Source of the DNA: the human T2T-CHM13v2.0 reference genome, Homo sapiens
Strand: one strand, 5' to 3'
Assembly (NCBI RefSeq): GCF_009914755.1
Contig: NC_060925.1
Length of the DNA stretch: 64,000 bases
The position numbers and the translations under genes are program-made. Shown here piece after piece: positions 1-16,193 of this stretch. The notes below the pieces were generated by a model. The model saw only the letters and a program-made list of their open reading frames with translations, ran no database searches and was not told where the DNA came from. Positions within the stretch are counted from its first letter, which is position 1, and each line of letters opens with the position of its first letter.

Positions 1-200
1 AGAATTCATTTAGCATAATGTTTTAGCACACATTGGTAGTTTATTTCTTCTTATAGTTAAATGATATTCTATTCCATGGCTATACTGGTTTTCCATTCAT
101 TCATCAGTTGATGGACCTTTAGGTTAGTTTCCACTTTTTAGCTCTTATGAAAAATGCTGCTGTGAACATTCACTTACAGGTTATTATGTGGACACGGGTT
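1..200 (-). mobile_element. Old L1 (L1M) 3' fragment
   Basis: Antisense L1 motifs: catcagttgatggac...ttccacttttagct..tatgaaaaatgctgctgtgaacatt. Confidence 0.7.
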
Positions 201-1294
201 TTTATTTCTCTGCCATTGGACTTTATCCTCAGAGTTAATTGGGCAGATTTCAGCACTTATCTTGCTCATGCTATTCTTTCTACCTTCTCAGTTTCTGTTC
301 ATCTAGCCTCATTCACTCAGACGTGGCAGACAATTTATTGTTTTCATGAAGCTTTCTCTGACTGTTCTCTCATTGACCTTATGTGTTAGCAATCATTGTC
401 TAGTCTGTGCAGAAAAACTTAGTTCTTAATTTTACATGGCTTTTTTTATGGAAGATAATTTTCTCTCATTATAAATTTGCTTAATGGGGGAATAATATAT
501 AATATGTATGCCACCTATCCTTGCATACATTGAAAGTATTTTAGCTTAGAAGTTTGTAGCATACAATTCAATACTTTATACCATACCAATTATTTCTTCT
601 TTGAGACCTTGACACAGTAAGGTTTATACTCTAAGTGTGTTTTTAGCAATTATATATCAAATCTAAACCAATTAGTTTAATACAGGAGACTTGTTAAATC
701 ACATATTTATGTTTTTCTCTCTATGAAAAAGAATCTAAATTGGCCTTTTTTCACTATGCAGCAGAACTGTATTTCTGGACTGCTACCAGTTTGTCAGCTG
801 AACAGTTCTGGGTGCAGCTTGTCCGATGACGGATAGCACAGCACCTCAATCTGAGTGCTCAGCAGAGTGATTGTGAAGGCAGCACCACAGCAACAGTTGC
901 TCAGAGGGAACGGATTCAGGAGCCTTGATTTAGCAATAGAGTCCAGGGTTTTCAGCTCAGTGTCTTTAGCCTGTCTCTGCTGGTCATGTCAGTTATGTAC
1001 TATTCAATCCAGGAGGTGCTGTTTACATTGTAGTACATACATAGTCATTGCCTAATGAGTCATACAGAGAGAAAAGTAAGTTATAAATTATGTCCCCCAT
1101 TTGCTGCAACTCTCAGTGGTAAGAATGATTCAGTGCAGCTATAGGAGAGTACTTCCATTGGCATGCCACCTGCCTAAAATACACAATTTTGTTAAGATAT
1201 ACAATAAAATTATTATGCTAATAGCAAATATTTTATGTAGCTCACTATGTTCCACGTAGTCTTCTAAGTGTTTCGTGTTAGTCCCCAGTTAAAC

Positions 1295-1568
1295 ACCTGG
1301 TTTTGGAAGGCTGAAGCAGGAGGATCGTTTGAGCCCATGAGTATGAGACCAGCCAGAGCAATATAGTGAGACCCTGTCTCAAAAAAAAAAAAAAAAAATT
1401 AAACACTTATCTGAGGCATGGTGGTGCACGCCTGTAGTCCCAGCTACATTGGGAGGCTGTGGTAGGAGGGTCGTTTAAGCTTGGAATATTGAGGCTGCAG
1501 TGAACAGTGATCAAGCCACTGTGCTCCAGGCTGGGTAACAGAGGGAGACTCTGTCTCATAAATAAAAC
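1295..1568 (+). mobile_element. Alu (J-like)
   Basis: Two monomers; aggatcgtttgagccc, A-rich linker, gaggctgcagtgaac. Confidence 0.9.
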
Positions 1569-1955
1569 GTTTTGTATAGATTCCCATAGAAGTGAGTTAG
1601 ACATCAGTCATAGAATTATTAGCCACTTTGATGTCTACCTTGGGAGTAAAACATATAATAAGGGGCAGCGTTAAACCATCTCAATCAATAGCCTCCAACT
1701 TCTCGAGAAGGTTCTTATTTCATGAATTTCTAAACAAGGGACTACCTGGATTAAGACATTTGGTGGACCCCATTTTGAGACGAAGAATCTTGAGTGAGAA
1801 GAAGGGAGATCTCTACTTACTGAAGCTTCCCAATGACATAGTTAAGTGTCCCCCAAAATAAACTTTAGAACAAGATTTTCATCATGCCATATCTCTATGG
1901 AAAAGGAATTTCTTTAAAAGAAAACAAAGGCAAACAATTGATAATATGATTCTCA

Positions 1956-2462
<507 letters not shown>

Positions 2463-2648
2463 CTACAAAAGTAATCTGCACCAATTAGCAATGTATGAGC
2501 ATGTGGTTGAGAATATTTTCTATAATATGTGTACTAGAAGGAAGAGACCTCAAGAAAATGGTCAGAGCTGGAAATGTAGATTAGGGAATCTAGGTCAAAG
2601 TTTTGAGATTTTAGGAGTCCTGAGAGAATTTAAAAAGAGAAATAGCCA

Positions 2649-2741
2649 CCAGGCATGGTGGCCACACCTGTAATCCCAGCACTTTGGGAGGCCAAGGCAG
2701 GAAGATCATGAGGTCAGGAGTTCAAGACCAGTCTGGCCAAC
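2649..2741 (+). mobile_element. Truncated Alu left monomer
   Basis: ccaggcatggtggccacacctgtaatcccagc...ctggccaac, abruptly joined to L1. Confidence 0.85.
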
Positions 2742-2742
2742 A

Positions 2743-3197
2743 AGTTTCTTATATAGGTAAACGTGTTCCATGATGGTTTGCTGCACCTATCAATCCATCA
2801 CCTAGATATTAAGCCCTGTGGGCATTAGTTATTGATCTTGATGCTCTCCCTCCTGACCCCAACAGGCCCCAGTGTTTGTTGTTCCCCTCCCCGAGTCCAT
2901 GTGTTCTTATCGTTCAGCTCCCACTTATAAGTGAGAAGATGCAGTGTTTGGTTTTTTCTTCCTGCATTAGTTTGCTGAAGATATCAGCTTCGGGTTCATC
3001 CATATCTCCTGCAAAGAGCATGATCTCATTCATTTTTATGGCTCCATAGTATTCCATGGTGTATATATACCACATTTTCTTTATCCCATTATCACTGATA
3101 ATGTCCATCTGGGTTGATTCCATGTCTTTACTATTGTGAATAGTGCTGCAGTGAACATGCAAATGCATGTATCTTTATAATAGAATAATTTATATTC
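2743..3197 (-). mobile_element. L1PA 3' end
   Basis: ORF2 C-terminus in ORF 2914..3168 (IKKMWYIYTMEYYGAIK...SLISGS) plus L1PA 3'UTR. Confidence 0.9.
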
Positions 3198-3874
3198 CAA
3201 CGTATGGTAATTTTAAATCAGTTTTGGTATTAAAAATCATGCATTTTGGAAAATATTGATAATGGAAAAATCCAAATTCTGCCAAAATATGTTGAGAAAA
3301 TAGAGGGTAAATATATCTTTTCAAACTTTAAATGCCTCAGGCTCTTAGTTAATCTTCCCCAGATCTGGGAAGACCTAGAAGGGGAGAGATTGGGCTACCT
3401 TAATGAGGGTCATTTCAATCTCTTGGCCCTGCAGCAGCCATTTCAAAATACATCAAAAATATATTTGGGGGTAAAATATTTTGATTTCCTTCAGCTTCTT
3501 CTCTCTGTGATGCTGCACCAGAATCAGATTAGCAAGGAAGCCACATTATAAGTGTTAATAAAACCCATCTGATGAGATTTGATAATTTGAAGGGTGTGTT
3601 TCCCAGACCCTTTAGATAGAAATTGGGGCCAAAGAAAACAAGGTCTTATTCCTCTATATAAATCTGTCAGTGCTTTAAGCAGTGAAAGAAAGATTTTTCA
3701 TTTAAGTTTACAGACTTGATACTAATGAAAAGGATAGCTTGTAAAATATAAATCTCTTTTTCTATAAAAGGGACATGTTGTTGATTCTCTTAGACCTTGA
3801 ACCCTGGCCAGTGATTTGAAACCAAGCAGTACCTATCTCCAGATCTCTAGTACCAAATTAATTTGGGGTGGGGG

Positions 3875-5680
3875 GTAACAGGTTTATTGAGAAATAATGA
3901 ACACACCATGCAATTCACTCATTTAAAGTATAGAATTCATTAACTTTAGTATTTTCAGAGAGTTATGCCGTCATCATTACAATTAATTTTAGAACATTTT
4001 CATCACCCTAAAAACAAACCCCACAGCATTTAGCCATCTTCACTAGTTTTCCCTTCCTCCCTCAGCCCTAGGGAACCACCCACCTTCTTTGTATAGATTT
4101 GCCTATAAGCCTCTGAAATAAAAAGCAAGTGGTCTGCTGGGACTGGCTTATTTCACTTAGCATAATTTTTCATGCTGCATCTGTGCTGTAGCAGGTATTG
4201 ATGCCGGGTTTTTGCTCCTTAGTTCAGCTACATCTGGGTTCTTCTCTCGTGACCAGGAAAAATTAAGCATGCAGACACATTGAGGAGGGCAGAATTTATT
4301 ATGTGAAAGGACAGCTCTCAGCAAAGAGAGGGGTCCTGCAAAGAGGTTTCCACCTCACAATTGAATACCAGGATCACATGAGCTGAAGCGGCCAGGCTCC
4401 TCCTCTGCATAAGGCGTGAATTCCTGGTGACTCCACCCCATCCCCCCACTGCATGTTGGCCTCCGGTCTGCTGTGGGCATGTCCAGGCAAGACAAGTCCA
4501 GGTTCCCTTATCTGCACATAACATCTGGTGTAAACACTTGTGGGGCTGGTTGGAGATTCTCCAGGGACCCTTCCGTATCTGCCTAGGCATTTTGCTGTCT
4601 CCTCCTAATACGGTATCTGTACTTAATTTCTTCTTATTGCTGAGTAATATTCCATTGTATGGATACATCAAACATTTTATTTATCCATTCGCCAGGTGAT
4701 GGACCTTTGGGTTCTCTCCCACCCAAAGGTGACAGACGTTCTGGTTCTTTCCACCTTTTGACTACTATTAATAATGCTGCTGTAAACATTTATGTATGAG
4801 TTTTTGTGCTTGGGTATGTTTTTATTTTTCTGGAGTATATACTTATGACTGGAATTTCTGTGTCATATGGTAACTTCATGCTTAACCCTTTAAGGAGCTG
4901 CCAGTTTGTTTTCCAAAGTGGCTGCATCACTTTACATTCCCAGCAGCATTAGATAAGGGTTTTAATTTCTTTACATTTTTCCTAACACTCTTTTTTCTTG
5001 AACAAAGATTTTATCCTGTGGTGTGAAGTGATACCACATGTGGTTTTGATTTACATTTTCCTAATGACTAATTACATTAAGCATCTATTAATGTGCTTAT
5101 CCATCTTTATATCTTCTTTGCAGATATATCTATTCAAAATCTTTGCCCATTTTTAAAAATTGGCTTATCTTGTTATTTATTAATTGCAAGAGTTATTTAT
5201 ATTTCCTATATATGTAAGTCCCTTATCAGATACACGCTTTTCAAATACTTTCTTCTACTTGGCGTCTTACCTTTTCACTTCTTCATACTGTCTTCTGAGG
5301 CACAGCAGTTTTCAATTTTGAAGTCCATTGAATCCATTTTTCCTTTGGAGTCATAGCTAAGAAAAAACTGGCAAATGCTGTCACAAAGATTTATGCCAGT
5401 GTTTTCTTCTGAGGGTTTTATAGTTTTAGCTTTTACAGTTAACTATTTTATTTTGAGTTAATTATTAAATAAGATATTTGGTCAAACTTTATTTATTTTT
5501 TGCTTATGGATACCCAGTTGTCCCAGCACCATTTGTTGAAAAGACTATTCTTTTCCCATTTTGTTCTTTTGTTAAGCTTGTATAAAATCAAGTGACTGTA
5601 AAAGTGCAGGCTTATTTTTAGATTGTCAATTCTTAGCTTTTTTATGTCTATTCTTATGTCAAGGCCCAATCGAATTGAAT
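3875..5680 (-). mobile_element. Old L1 (L1MB-like) 3' region, interrupted by an LTR
   Basis: Antisense L1 motifs; ORF 5493..5696 contains SLFNKWCWDNW (ORF2). Confidence 0.8.
4199..4612 (-). mobile_element. Solo ERV1-class LTR (MER61-like)
   Basis: TG... start, ~414 bp, 4-bp TSD gtat at 4195-4198 and 4613-4616; L1 sequence resumes in register on both sides; subfamily from memory. Confidence 0.75.
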
Positions 5681-7001
5681 GAGAAGTTTTTTTCAATCAT
5701 GTTGCATATTACCAGTTGTCTTATGTCATAATAAAAATTAAATTTAGTGGAATGTCTGTAACTTCACCTTTTGTGTCACAAAGGAGTCTCTGGCCAGCTT
5801 ATACCTTACTTCCTCTAAGACATGATCAGACACCAGGCTTACAAGACACACTTAATTTCTTTTTTTCTCCATTCAAGCCTTTAGTCTCTTTTCCATTGCC
5901 TCCCACTATAGTTATATTTTCAGTAAGTTTTTGTTACAGGATCTGCTGACATAGTCTAATATTCAGTGCATTATGTTTTACTAACTCATTATAATTCATA
6001 GAACCTTCCATAGATGTTTACCATCTAGGAAGGGGAAGTTTAAGTCTGAGCCACCAGCTTTCCTCAGTGGAAATCAAGTGAAGTCATCATCTTGCAGTTT
6101 ACAGACCCTCTTTCCTCCTGGTAGCTGGTTCTCTTGGGTAGCACTGTGGCTAATCCTTTTCTTAGTGCAGATCTTGCATTCTCAGAAACCACAGTTCCCT
6201 GTATTGACCTCCTTTTACTGAAACAGAGATGCACAGCTCTGCTTTCTAGCTCAGTAGAGGATTCTTGGAATAAAACGTTTAACTCATTCCAAGAAAAAGT
6301 CTTAGGAGTGCAGCACTTCAAAATCAGGTAACGTTCAGGCAATTTATCAGAGACACATAGTAGATTAGTATTTTGACTTTCAAAATTTCAGAGCCAAGTT
6401 GTGTGCTATAGAGAAGCATTGTGGCATAACAAAGAGATGGGATGGTCTTAACTTCTCCATACAAACAAGCTTGGAGTAAGGTAAAGGAGAAATTGCATTT
6501 GTGTCTTAACACTCAAAATACATTATGCTTATTTTACTTCTGTGAAGAATAAAAATCATTCCATAATATTCTCCTTATTTCCTCATTTAGAAAAGAAAAT
6601 GAAAATTGAATACTAGGTTGATTAATAAATACTCAAAACTTCTTCTTTTAGAATTTTAGTTAATTGAAATCAGGTAAATGTCTGATTTTGCCTATGTCAC
6701 CCAGTATTTCTAGTTGTTTTTCAAATCATACATCTTCTTGCTTCCCAGTCTTACTTCCTAACTTGAGGAGAAATTGTAAGAAGACACCCTTGTCTTGTTA
6801 TCAGAGTTCATAATTGAAGGAGTTTTAGGAAAATTCCTCCTCAGCAGCTTATGTCTCTCTCCTGGTTATCTACTGCTTCTCAATAATGTTTGACATCATT
6901 AAATAAATATCAACATTTTTTAGATCCTGCTTTAAAGGAGACTCTTTTCTGCTGCATAAGTTATGTTTCCTGTTGTCTCTTTTTAAAACTTATTTTCCTA
7001 A

Positions 7002-7360
7002 CAATTACCCAGAGTCTTGTGGTTTGAAGGAAAAACATTTATTTTGTTCATGAACCTGTGGTTTGGGAAAAACTTGGCCAGGACAGCTTGTCTCTGCTCC
7101 CTTCAGCTTCCCTAGGAACAGCTGATCAGTTGGGGAAATGGAATCCTCTGAAGCTTTGGTCACCCACTTGTTTGATGGTTGATGCTGGCCATCGGCTGTA
7201 AACTTGGTTGGGACAGGCAGCATGAACACTGACACAGGCACTTTCAGGCTCTCACAATTGGGGCTGGGCTCCAAGGGAAAACAGTCTGAGATAGGGAAGC
7301 CACATGGTATCCCTTTCACTACATTCAACTCATTAGAAGGAAGTCAGTAAGGCTGGCCCA
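7002..7360 (-). mobile_element. Old MaLR LTR (MLT1-like)
   Basis: aattaccc..cttgtggtttgaag..catttattttgttcatgaacctgtggtttggg..ggacagcttgtctctgctcc resembles antisense MLT1. Confidence 0.6.
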
Positions 7361-7399
7361 TATTCTGTTTTTTAAATGGGATGAATGTAGCTTCTCTTT

Positions 7400-9135
7400 T
7401 GTTTTAATTGACACATATATACATAATTATGGGCTATAGAGTGATATTTTTATACACGTATATAGTGTGTAATGATCAAACTAACTAGCACATTTACTAC
7501 TTCAACCATTTTTCATTTCTTTGAATTGTGAACATTGAAAATTTTCTGGCTTTTTAAAAATATACAATAAGTCATAGTTAACCATATTCACCCTACAATG
7601 CCACAGAACACCAGAACTCACTCCTCTTATCTAACTGTAATTCTGTATCCATTAACCAGCCTCCCCTCCCCTACTTCTGTGAGCTTTTTTTTGTTAAGAG
7701 ACAGGGTCTTGCTAGTGTAGTCTGGGCTCTGGGCAACTGTAGTCACCGAGACTGGAGACAGTGGTTTGATCATAGTTCACTGCAGCTTCAAACTCTTGGG
7801 CCCATCTGATCCTCACACCTCAGCCTCCTGAGCAGCTGGCATTATGGGCATGCACCATTGCACATGTCTGATTTTTGACTTTGTAGAGATATCTCCCTAT
7901 GTTGCCCAGGGAGCTCTGGAACTTTTGGCCTCAAATGATTCTCTTGCCTTGGTCTTACAAAGAGCTAGAAAATTACAGGCATCAGCCATATTTCCCAGCC
8001 TTCAATTTTCCTTTAGCTCCCTTACATGAGTAAGAATGTGCAGTATTTATCTTTCTGTGTCTGCACTTAACATAACATCCGTCAGACTGATCCACTTGGC
8101 CACGAATAACAGGATTTAATTCCTTTATACGGTGAATAGTATTCCACTGTGTTTGTGTGCCACAGTTTTTCGTCCATTCATTTGGTGATGGACATGTAGG
8201 TTGATTCCATACAGAAGCTGTTGTGGATAGTGCTACAGTAAACATATGAGGACAGATATCCTTTTGATCTATTGTTTTCTTTTCTATTGCCTGAATACCC
8301 GGTAGTGGGGTTGCTGGATCCCTCGGCAGTCCCATTATTAGTTTTTTTGAGAAAACCTCCTGTTGTTCTCTATAGTGGCTGCACTAATTTACCTTCCCAC
8401 CAACAGCATGTAAGAGTTTACTGTTCTCTGGAGCCTCACCAGCATTTGTTATTTTTTTTGTCTTTTCAATGACAGCAATTTATTCAAATTGAAGCAAGAT
8501 TATATCACATTGTAGATTTGATTTGTATTTCCCTGAGGATTAGTGATACTGAGCATTTTAAAATTTATTTATTGGCTATTTGTATTTCTTTTTCTAAAAA
8601 AAGTATAGTTAGATATTTTGCCCAATTTTAAACTCAGATTTTTTTTTACTGTGAAGTTGTTTGAGTTTTTTTGTATATTTTGTATATTAGTCCCTTATTA
8701 GGTGAATAGCTTGACAATATTTTCTCCTATTCTACAGGTTTTCTCTTCACTCTGTTGTGTGCTGGACAGAAACTCTTTAGCTTAATGTAGTGTCTTTTGT
8801 CTATGATTTGTTGTTTGCCTATGCTTCTGATGTCTTACCCATAAAAATCTTTGTGCAGACTAATGTCCTCAAGCATTTTCCCTATATTTACTTAGAGTAG
8901 TTTGATAATTTTGGGCCTTACATTTCAGTCTTCAATCGATTCTGAGTTTATGTTGTTATATGGTGTTACATAGGAAGCTAATATCATTCTTCTCCATATG
9001 GATATTTAGTTTTCCCAGTGTCATTCATTTGAAGAGGCTGTCCTTTCCCCAGCGTATGTTCTTGGCATGTTCGTCCAAAATCAGTTGGCTGGAAATATGT
9101 GGATTTATTTCTGGGTGCCGTATTCTATGGTCTTT
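7400..9135 (-). mobile_element. L1MA-like 3' region with nested Alu
   Basis: ORF 7982..8335: LPRDPATPLPGI...KDICPHMFTVALSTTASVWNQPTCPSPNEW (ORF2 C-terminal region). Confidence 0.85.
7684..7998 (-). mobile_element. Alu (J-like)
   Basis: T-tract, gagacagggtcttgct, cactgcagcttcaaactc, diverged. Confidence 0.85.
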
Positions 9136-9246
9136 ACCCCAAGAAACATTACTTCTTAAAATGCAATTCAAATTAGCATGAAACATTTGCAGTTTAAGGA
9201 AAGGCTTATAGCATCAGAATCCTTAATCATAGATTTCATTATTTTG

Positions 9247-9531
9247 TGGTTTTTTTTGAGATAGGTTCTTTGTCTGTCATCCAGGCAGAAGTGCAGTGAT
9301 AATAATTCACTGCAGCCCTGAACTCTGGGTACAAGCCATCCTTTTGCCTCAGTATCCCAACTAGCTGGGTCTACAGGCATGAGCCACCATGCCCGGGTAA
9401 TTAAAAAATTTTTTTTTTGTAGAGATGGGGGTCTCACTATGTTGCTCTGGCTGATCTCAAATTCCTGGCCTCAAGTGATCTTTCTGCCACAGCTTTTTAA
9501 AGTGCTAGGATTACAGGCATGAGCCACCATA
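9247..9531 (-). mobile_element. Alu (J-like)
   Basis: ttttgagataggttc...tttttgtagagatgggggtctcactatgttg...atgagccacc. Confidence 0.9.
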
Positions 9532-9913
9532 CCTAATATAGAGTGTAATATCATTTTCAAAGTCTTATTCCTAGACCCATTTATTGACTTTGGCCTAAAT
9601 AACTCAATATGATATCTCTGAAACTTTTTTTGACATACTGTGGGGAATGATAATGAAGGAAGGGGGTTAGACACTTTTTACTAGGAGATAACTTTGTGCC
9701 ATTTAAGGAGGAAAAAAATGAATTATCAGAAAAATAAAAGTAAAATGAAGTACAAAAATTCTGTGGCAAAGATGATGATAGTAAAGAATATATTTTTATG
9801 ACTCATGGTAGCTTTAACTTTGTTCTTAAAATTCTGAGTAATTTAAGGGTTCACATTTGAAGAATCTGCTGCATTACAGATAACATTTTATTGCAAGTAA
9901 ATGCATTTCATAA

Positions 9914-10441
<528 letters not shown>

Positions 10442-10905
10442 TAGAAAAAAATGGTATCTGTTTTTTCTTTTAAATATTTAAATTTCCATTATTATTATAA
10501 CAAAATCAATCTTTCAGAGTAATGATTCTCATTATGGAGTCATTTGATGATTAAGACCAGTTGGCATAGGAAAAAATTGTGATTTAGAAATTTTGTGATA
10601 ATTATGAATTGGTCTTAAGCTACAGTGTTCATTGATCACTTTTTAAAACTATGAATGGATTCTATTACTTTTTATATGACCAGATTACATTAATACTAGC
10701 ATAATTATGATTTCAAATTTTTACAAATCAGACTTAATTCTGAATTCAGTTATTAGTTTTGATATTGCTGAAATATTTTAAACTTCATCCTCTTTTTTAA
10801 CATATTCAAAAATACTCTTTGAATCACTGACTCAAAATGAAAGGCAACAAACATAATAATTAGGTTATAATTGTTTTAAAAGTGTATTCTTTTCCTCTGT
10901 TTTAG

Positions 10906-11120
<215 letters not shown>

Positions 11121-12456
11121 TAAGTCAAAACATACACTCATAGAAAATGAATTAAGCTCATTAATTTGTTTCAAAAGCATAATTTTTAGTGAGATGGCTT
11201 CAGGAGATTAGAAGGAAGTGAATGCTAATTTGACAATGTAATTTTGAAAAATAATGTGAGTAAATAATTTTACCTTTAAAATGTTAGTCAAAGATAGTTT
11301 TTGCCTCTCCTCTCATTTTTTTTTTTGCTTTTGTATGGCTTTTTTTCCTGAAAAGTCTCATGTAATTAACCTGATCTGTTAGTTTTTTTCACTAAGTATT
11401 TTTGAAGCTTTATAATTAATGAAGTGATCTTGTTATAAAATTACTTGTCAGAATTTCCATAAATAGAAATATTAATGTGTTTAATTTACTTTTCAGTGGA
11501 TCACAACCTAAATGCAAAGTGGTACTGCTACTCTGGGCACAATTGTTTTTGATTGTGATCTTTAGTATTATCACCAGAGGGTGCCTCAAGAAAGACTATT
11601 TGTGTAACATATTCAAGATGCTGCAGAAAGGCACCCTTGTGAAATAGGGAATAATTATCACAGGAATTTAAAGAAGTGTAATTCACAAAGCGGTTAAAAA
11701 ATAACACCTTGTTCAGCCTGAAGCGGTGTGTGGAAGGCAGAAAGAACATGCCCCACCTCCAGGGCCTTGGTCACAGTGTTGGGGACTAATTGCCTTCAGA
11801 GATGCTTTAGTTCTTTTTGATCACCAACCAGACAATCTAGTTCTCCCCTAGGAGTTGTTGCTCTGAATTATTCCTCAGTGCCAAATGTTTAATTGGTCCT
11901 AGATAATGGGTGAAATGTACAAAAGTGAAATCTAAAACTGGTTTACTAAACACAAGTATTCCTAGATTTTTTTTCGTTCATTTTAGTTTTCTTAACCTAC
12001 ATTAAGGAGTATAACATGATGTTTTGATATAATTATTTCTAGTGAAGTGGTTCTTATAATCAAGCAAATCAACATATTCATTTTCCCACATTATTACCCT
12101 TTAAATACAAGTATTTCTAATTGAATCTTCAGAATCTTACAAGTAGAGCCATTTTAGAAGGCAGGAAGTTTTACCTGTTGAGCCATAAATCACTGATAGC
12201 CATTTCTCTTCCCTGTCTACTTTGTTTGAACTGCTTGTTCAGTAGAAATCACCTTAGAAACAATGGTGATTCTTTAGAACGATTTTAAAATTATAATTCC
12301 TTACAACAGGTATGCTCTTACACATCTTCTATGTGAAAACACTATTTAGTGGGTAATTTGGTTTACTCTCAGGGTAAGTTTTTAAAAACTTCAAGTCATT
12401 AAGAATCATTTAAGGAAAAATGAAATATTAAACATTTGTCTTTGCTATCTTTACAG

Positions 12457-12677
<221 letters not shown>

Positions 12678-13028
12678 GTTAGTTATATGACCGTTTCTCT
12701 TTAGGGTTTCATTTCTCTAGCGTAATTCTTGTTTATAATTTGGTGAAATACTGAGTTGTTCTGTTGACTTTTGCATGTGAAGTAAAGATCATAATTAGCT
12801 GTGTTAACACAGAAAGGAAATGGGAACTTTACATTTTTTAATTCCCTGGAGCTCTCATTTTCAAGAGATATCCATTTGCTAACTTTATTCAATAAATGTG
12901 ACTAAACTGACACGTTTGAAATGTCTTTAAAAGCTGCATTTAAGTTAGGTTTTAGAAATTGCATGTTATTGCCTGATAACTGATGATATACTTTGAGATG
13001 CTTTGGCTTACTCTCTAATTGATTGTAG

Positions 13029-13349
<321 letters not shown>

Positions 13350-13377
13350 CATGCCACTTTTAAAGTTTCTTTGCACC

Positions 13378-13685
13378 AGCCAGGTGTGGTGGCTCATTCC
13401 TGTAATCCCAGCACTTTGGGAGGCTGAGGCAGGTGTATCACGAGGTCAGGAGTTCAAGACCAGCCTGGCCAAGATGGTGAAACCCCATCTCTACTAAAAG
13501 TACAAAAAAAAAATTAGCCTGGTGTGGTGGTGGGCACCTGTAATCCCAGCTACTAGGAAGGCTGAGGCAGAGAATTGCTTGAACCTGGGAGACGGAGGTT
13601 GCAGGAGCTGAGATTGCACCACTGCACTCCAGCCTGGGTGACAGGGCAAGACTCCATCTTGAAAATAAAAAAAAAAATTAAAAAA
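13378..13685 (+). mobile_element. Alu (S-like)
   Basis: Full length; TSD aaagtttctttgcacc/aaagtttatttgcacc. Confidence 0.95.
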
Positions 13686-13863
13686 GTTTATTTGCACCAT
13701 CTCAATTCTTCCCACCCATAATCACAACTGAATGATTGGCATCCAAACACTTTGCCACATATGGATGTTTATTATTTAGTAGAATCCAAAATAATTGCAT
13801 TTTATGAATTAAACAAAACACTAAAATGTTCATTTCCATTTTTATGTTAAAAGCTTTGTGCTT

Positions 13864-14158
13864 GGCCAGGCATGGTGGCTCACACTTGTAATCCCAAAAT
13901 TTGGGGAGGCCGAGGCAGGTGAATCACCTGACGTCAGGAGTTTGAGACCAGCCTGGCCAACATGATGAACCCTGTCTCTAGTAAAAATACAAAAATTAGC
14001 AAGGCGTGTTGGCAGGCATGTGTAATCTCAGATACTCAGGAGGCTGAGGCAGGAGAATCACTTGAACCCAGGAGACAGAGGTTGCAGTAAGCCAAGATCA
14101 TACCACTGCACTATAGCCTTGGTGATGGAGACTCTGTCTCAAAACAAAACAAAAAAAA
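13864..14158 (+). mobile_element. Alu (S-like)
   Basis: Full length; TSD aaaagctttgtgctt/aaaaggtttgtgctt. Confidence 0.95.
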
Positions 14159-14184
14159 GGTTTGTGCTTTCCTTACATAAGAGT

Positions 14185-15340
14185 ACATCTTCTGACTATA
14201 AAAATCCTGGAAGAAAACCTAGGAAATACTCTTCTGGAGATCATATTTGTCAATTAATTTATAGCTAAGTCCTCAAAAGCAATTGCAAGAATAACAAAAA
14301 TTGACAAGTGTGATCTAATTTAGCTAAATAGCTTCTGCACAGCATGAGAAACTATCACGGGATTAAACAGACAGCCTAAAAGAATGGAAGAAAATATTCA
14401 CAAAGTATGGATATAGCAAATGCCTATTATCCAGAATCCATAAGAGACCTAAACAAATCAACAAGCCAAAAATAATTAAGACCATTAAAAATGGGCAAAG
14501 GACATGAACAGACAGTTCTCAAAATAACACACGTAAGTGGCCAACAAACATTAACAAATGCTTACCATTGCTAATCATCAGAAAAATGCCAAACAAAACA
14601 TCAATGAGATACCATTTCACACCAGTCACAATGACTTTTGTTAAAAACAAATAATAAATAAAAACTTAAAAAAGGATGTTGGGATAGGCTGTGGAGAAAA
14701 GGGAACACAAACCGTTTGTGGCAATGTAAATTAATTCAGCTACTATGGACAGCAGTTTGGAAATTAAGAACTAAGAATGACTGTTGGATGCAGCAACCCC
14801 ATTACTATACTAGGGGTATACCGAAAGGACAATAAATCATTGTAACAAAAAGATGTATACACATGTATGTTCATTGCAGCACTATTCACAATAGCAAAGA
14901 TGTGGAGTCAATCCAGGTACATCCAAGGTAGATTGAAAATCCAAGGTAGATTGGAAAATTCTATATATACCATGGAATACTATGCAGCCATGAAAAGAAC
15001 AAAATCACGTCATTTGCAGCAACATGAATACAGCTGGAATCCACTCTCCTAAGCAAACCAACGCAGAAACAGAAACCAAATATCTCATGTTTTCACTCAT
15101 GTGGGAGCTACATATTGGGTGCACATTGTCATAAAGGTGGGAATAATAGACACTGGGAAATAAGAACGGGGAGGGACAGAGTGGGCCAGGGTTGAAAAAC
15201 TACTTCTTGGGTCCTATGCTCACAACCTGTGTGATGGGTTTAATTGTACTGCAAACCTCGGTATCCCTCAATATGCCTTTGGAAGAAACTTACAGAGGTA
15301 CCACGTTAATTTAGAATACAAACTAGAAAAAAAAAGAAAA
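14185..15340 (+). mobile_element. L1 (L1PB/L1MA-like) 3' end
   Basis: ORF 14867..15052 MFIAALFTIAKMW...YTMEYYAAMK; 3'UTR and A tail. Confidence 0.88.
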
Positions 15341-15476
15341 GTTTACTATAAGTAGAGAACAGAAATTTCTTTTTAAGATAAAATTTATTGAAGTAAAAAA
15401 TGGATTAAACTTTTATAAAGGGCAGACTTTTCTAAGAATTTCAAAGCAATGCATTCATTGCAAAAGATGGCTTTAA

Positions 15477-15791
<315 letters not shown>

Positions 15792-16097
15792 ATTGTTTAA
15801 CCTTTGTACTAATAAAACACTACCTTTCTAAAATCATGTATATGCAATAGATTAGTGTTAACTGCATTTTTGTCAGATTACTCTAAACAGCATTACACAT
15901 ATACATCCTCTGTTATCTAAACTTAAAATAAGTAGAAATTTTATTTTATTTATGTGATTATTTTTCTATTTAAGCAAACTTCAAGTTATGTCTAGTCACT
16001 AAAAATACTAAAGGCCACATTTTGTAAGTGATACATGATTGTCATGATAATGTTTCTTGTTTAATTTAGACATTACTATTATTTTTACTTATTTTAG

Positions 16098-16193
16098 ATG
16101 GGGCCGGACTGTGTAGAATAAATAATTAGAGAAACAAAGAGAAGTACGATGACAAAATTTATTAATTAAATTTAGGTTTATTTTAGAAATAAA
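16098..16193 (+). pseudogene. ANKRD18-type terminal exon with premature TAA and AATAAA (16188-16193)
   Basis: attttag|ATG GGG CCG GAC TGT GTA GAA TAA ATA ATT AGA GAA ACA AAG AGA AGT...ATT AAT TAA. Confidence 0.8.

Noticed and set aside
6040-6342. Overlapping ORFs with donor-like caggtaac
   Set aside because: No recognisable homology or clear acceptor.
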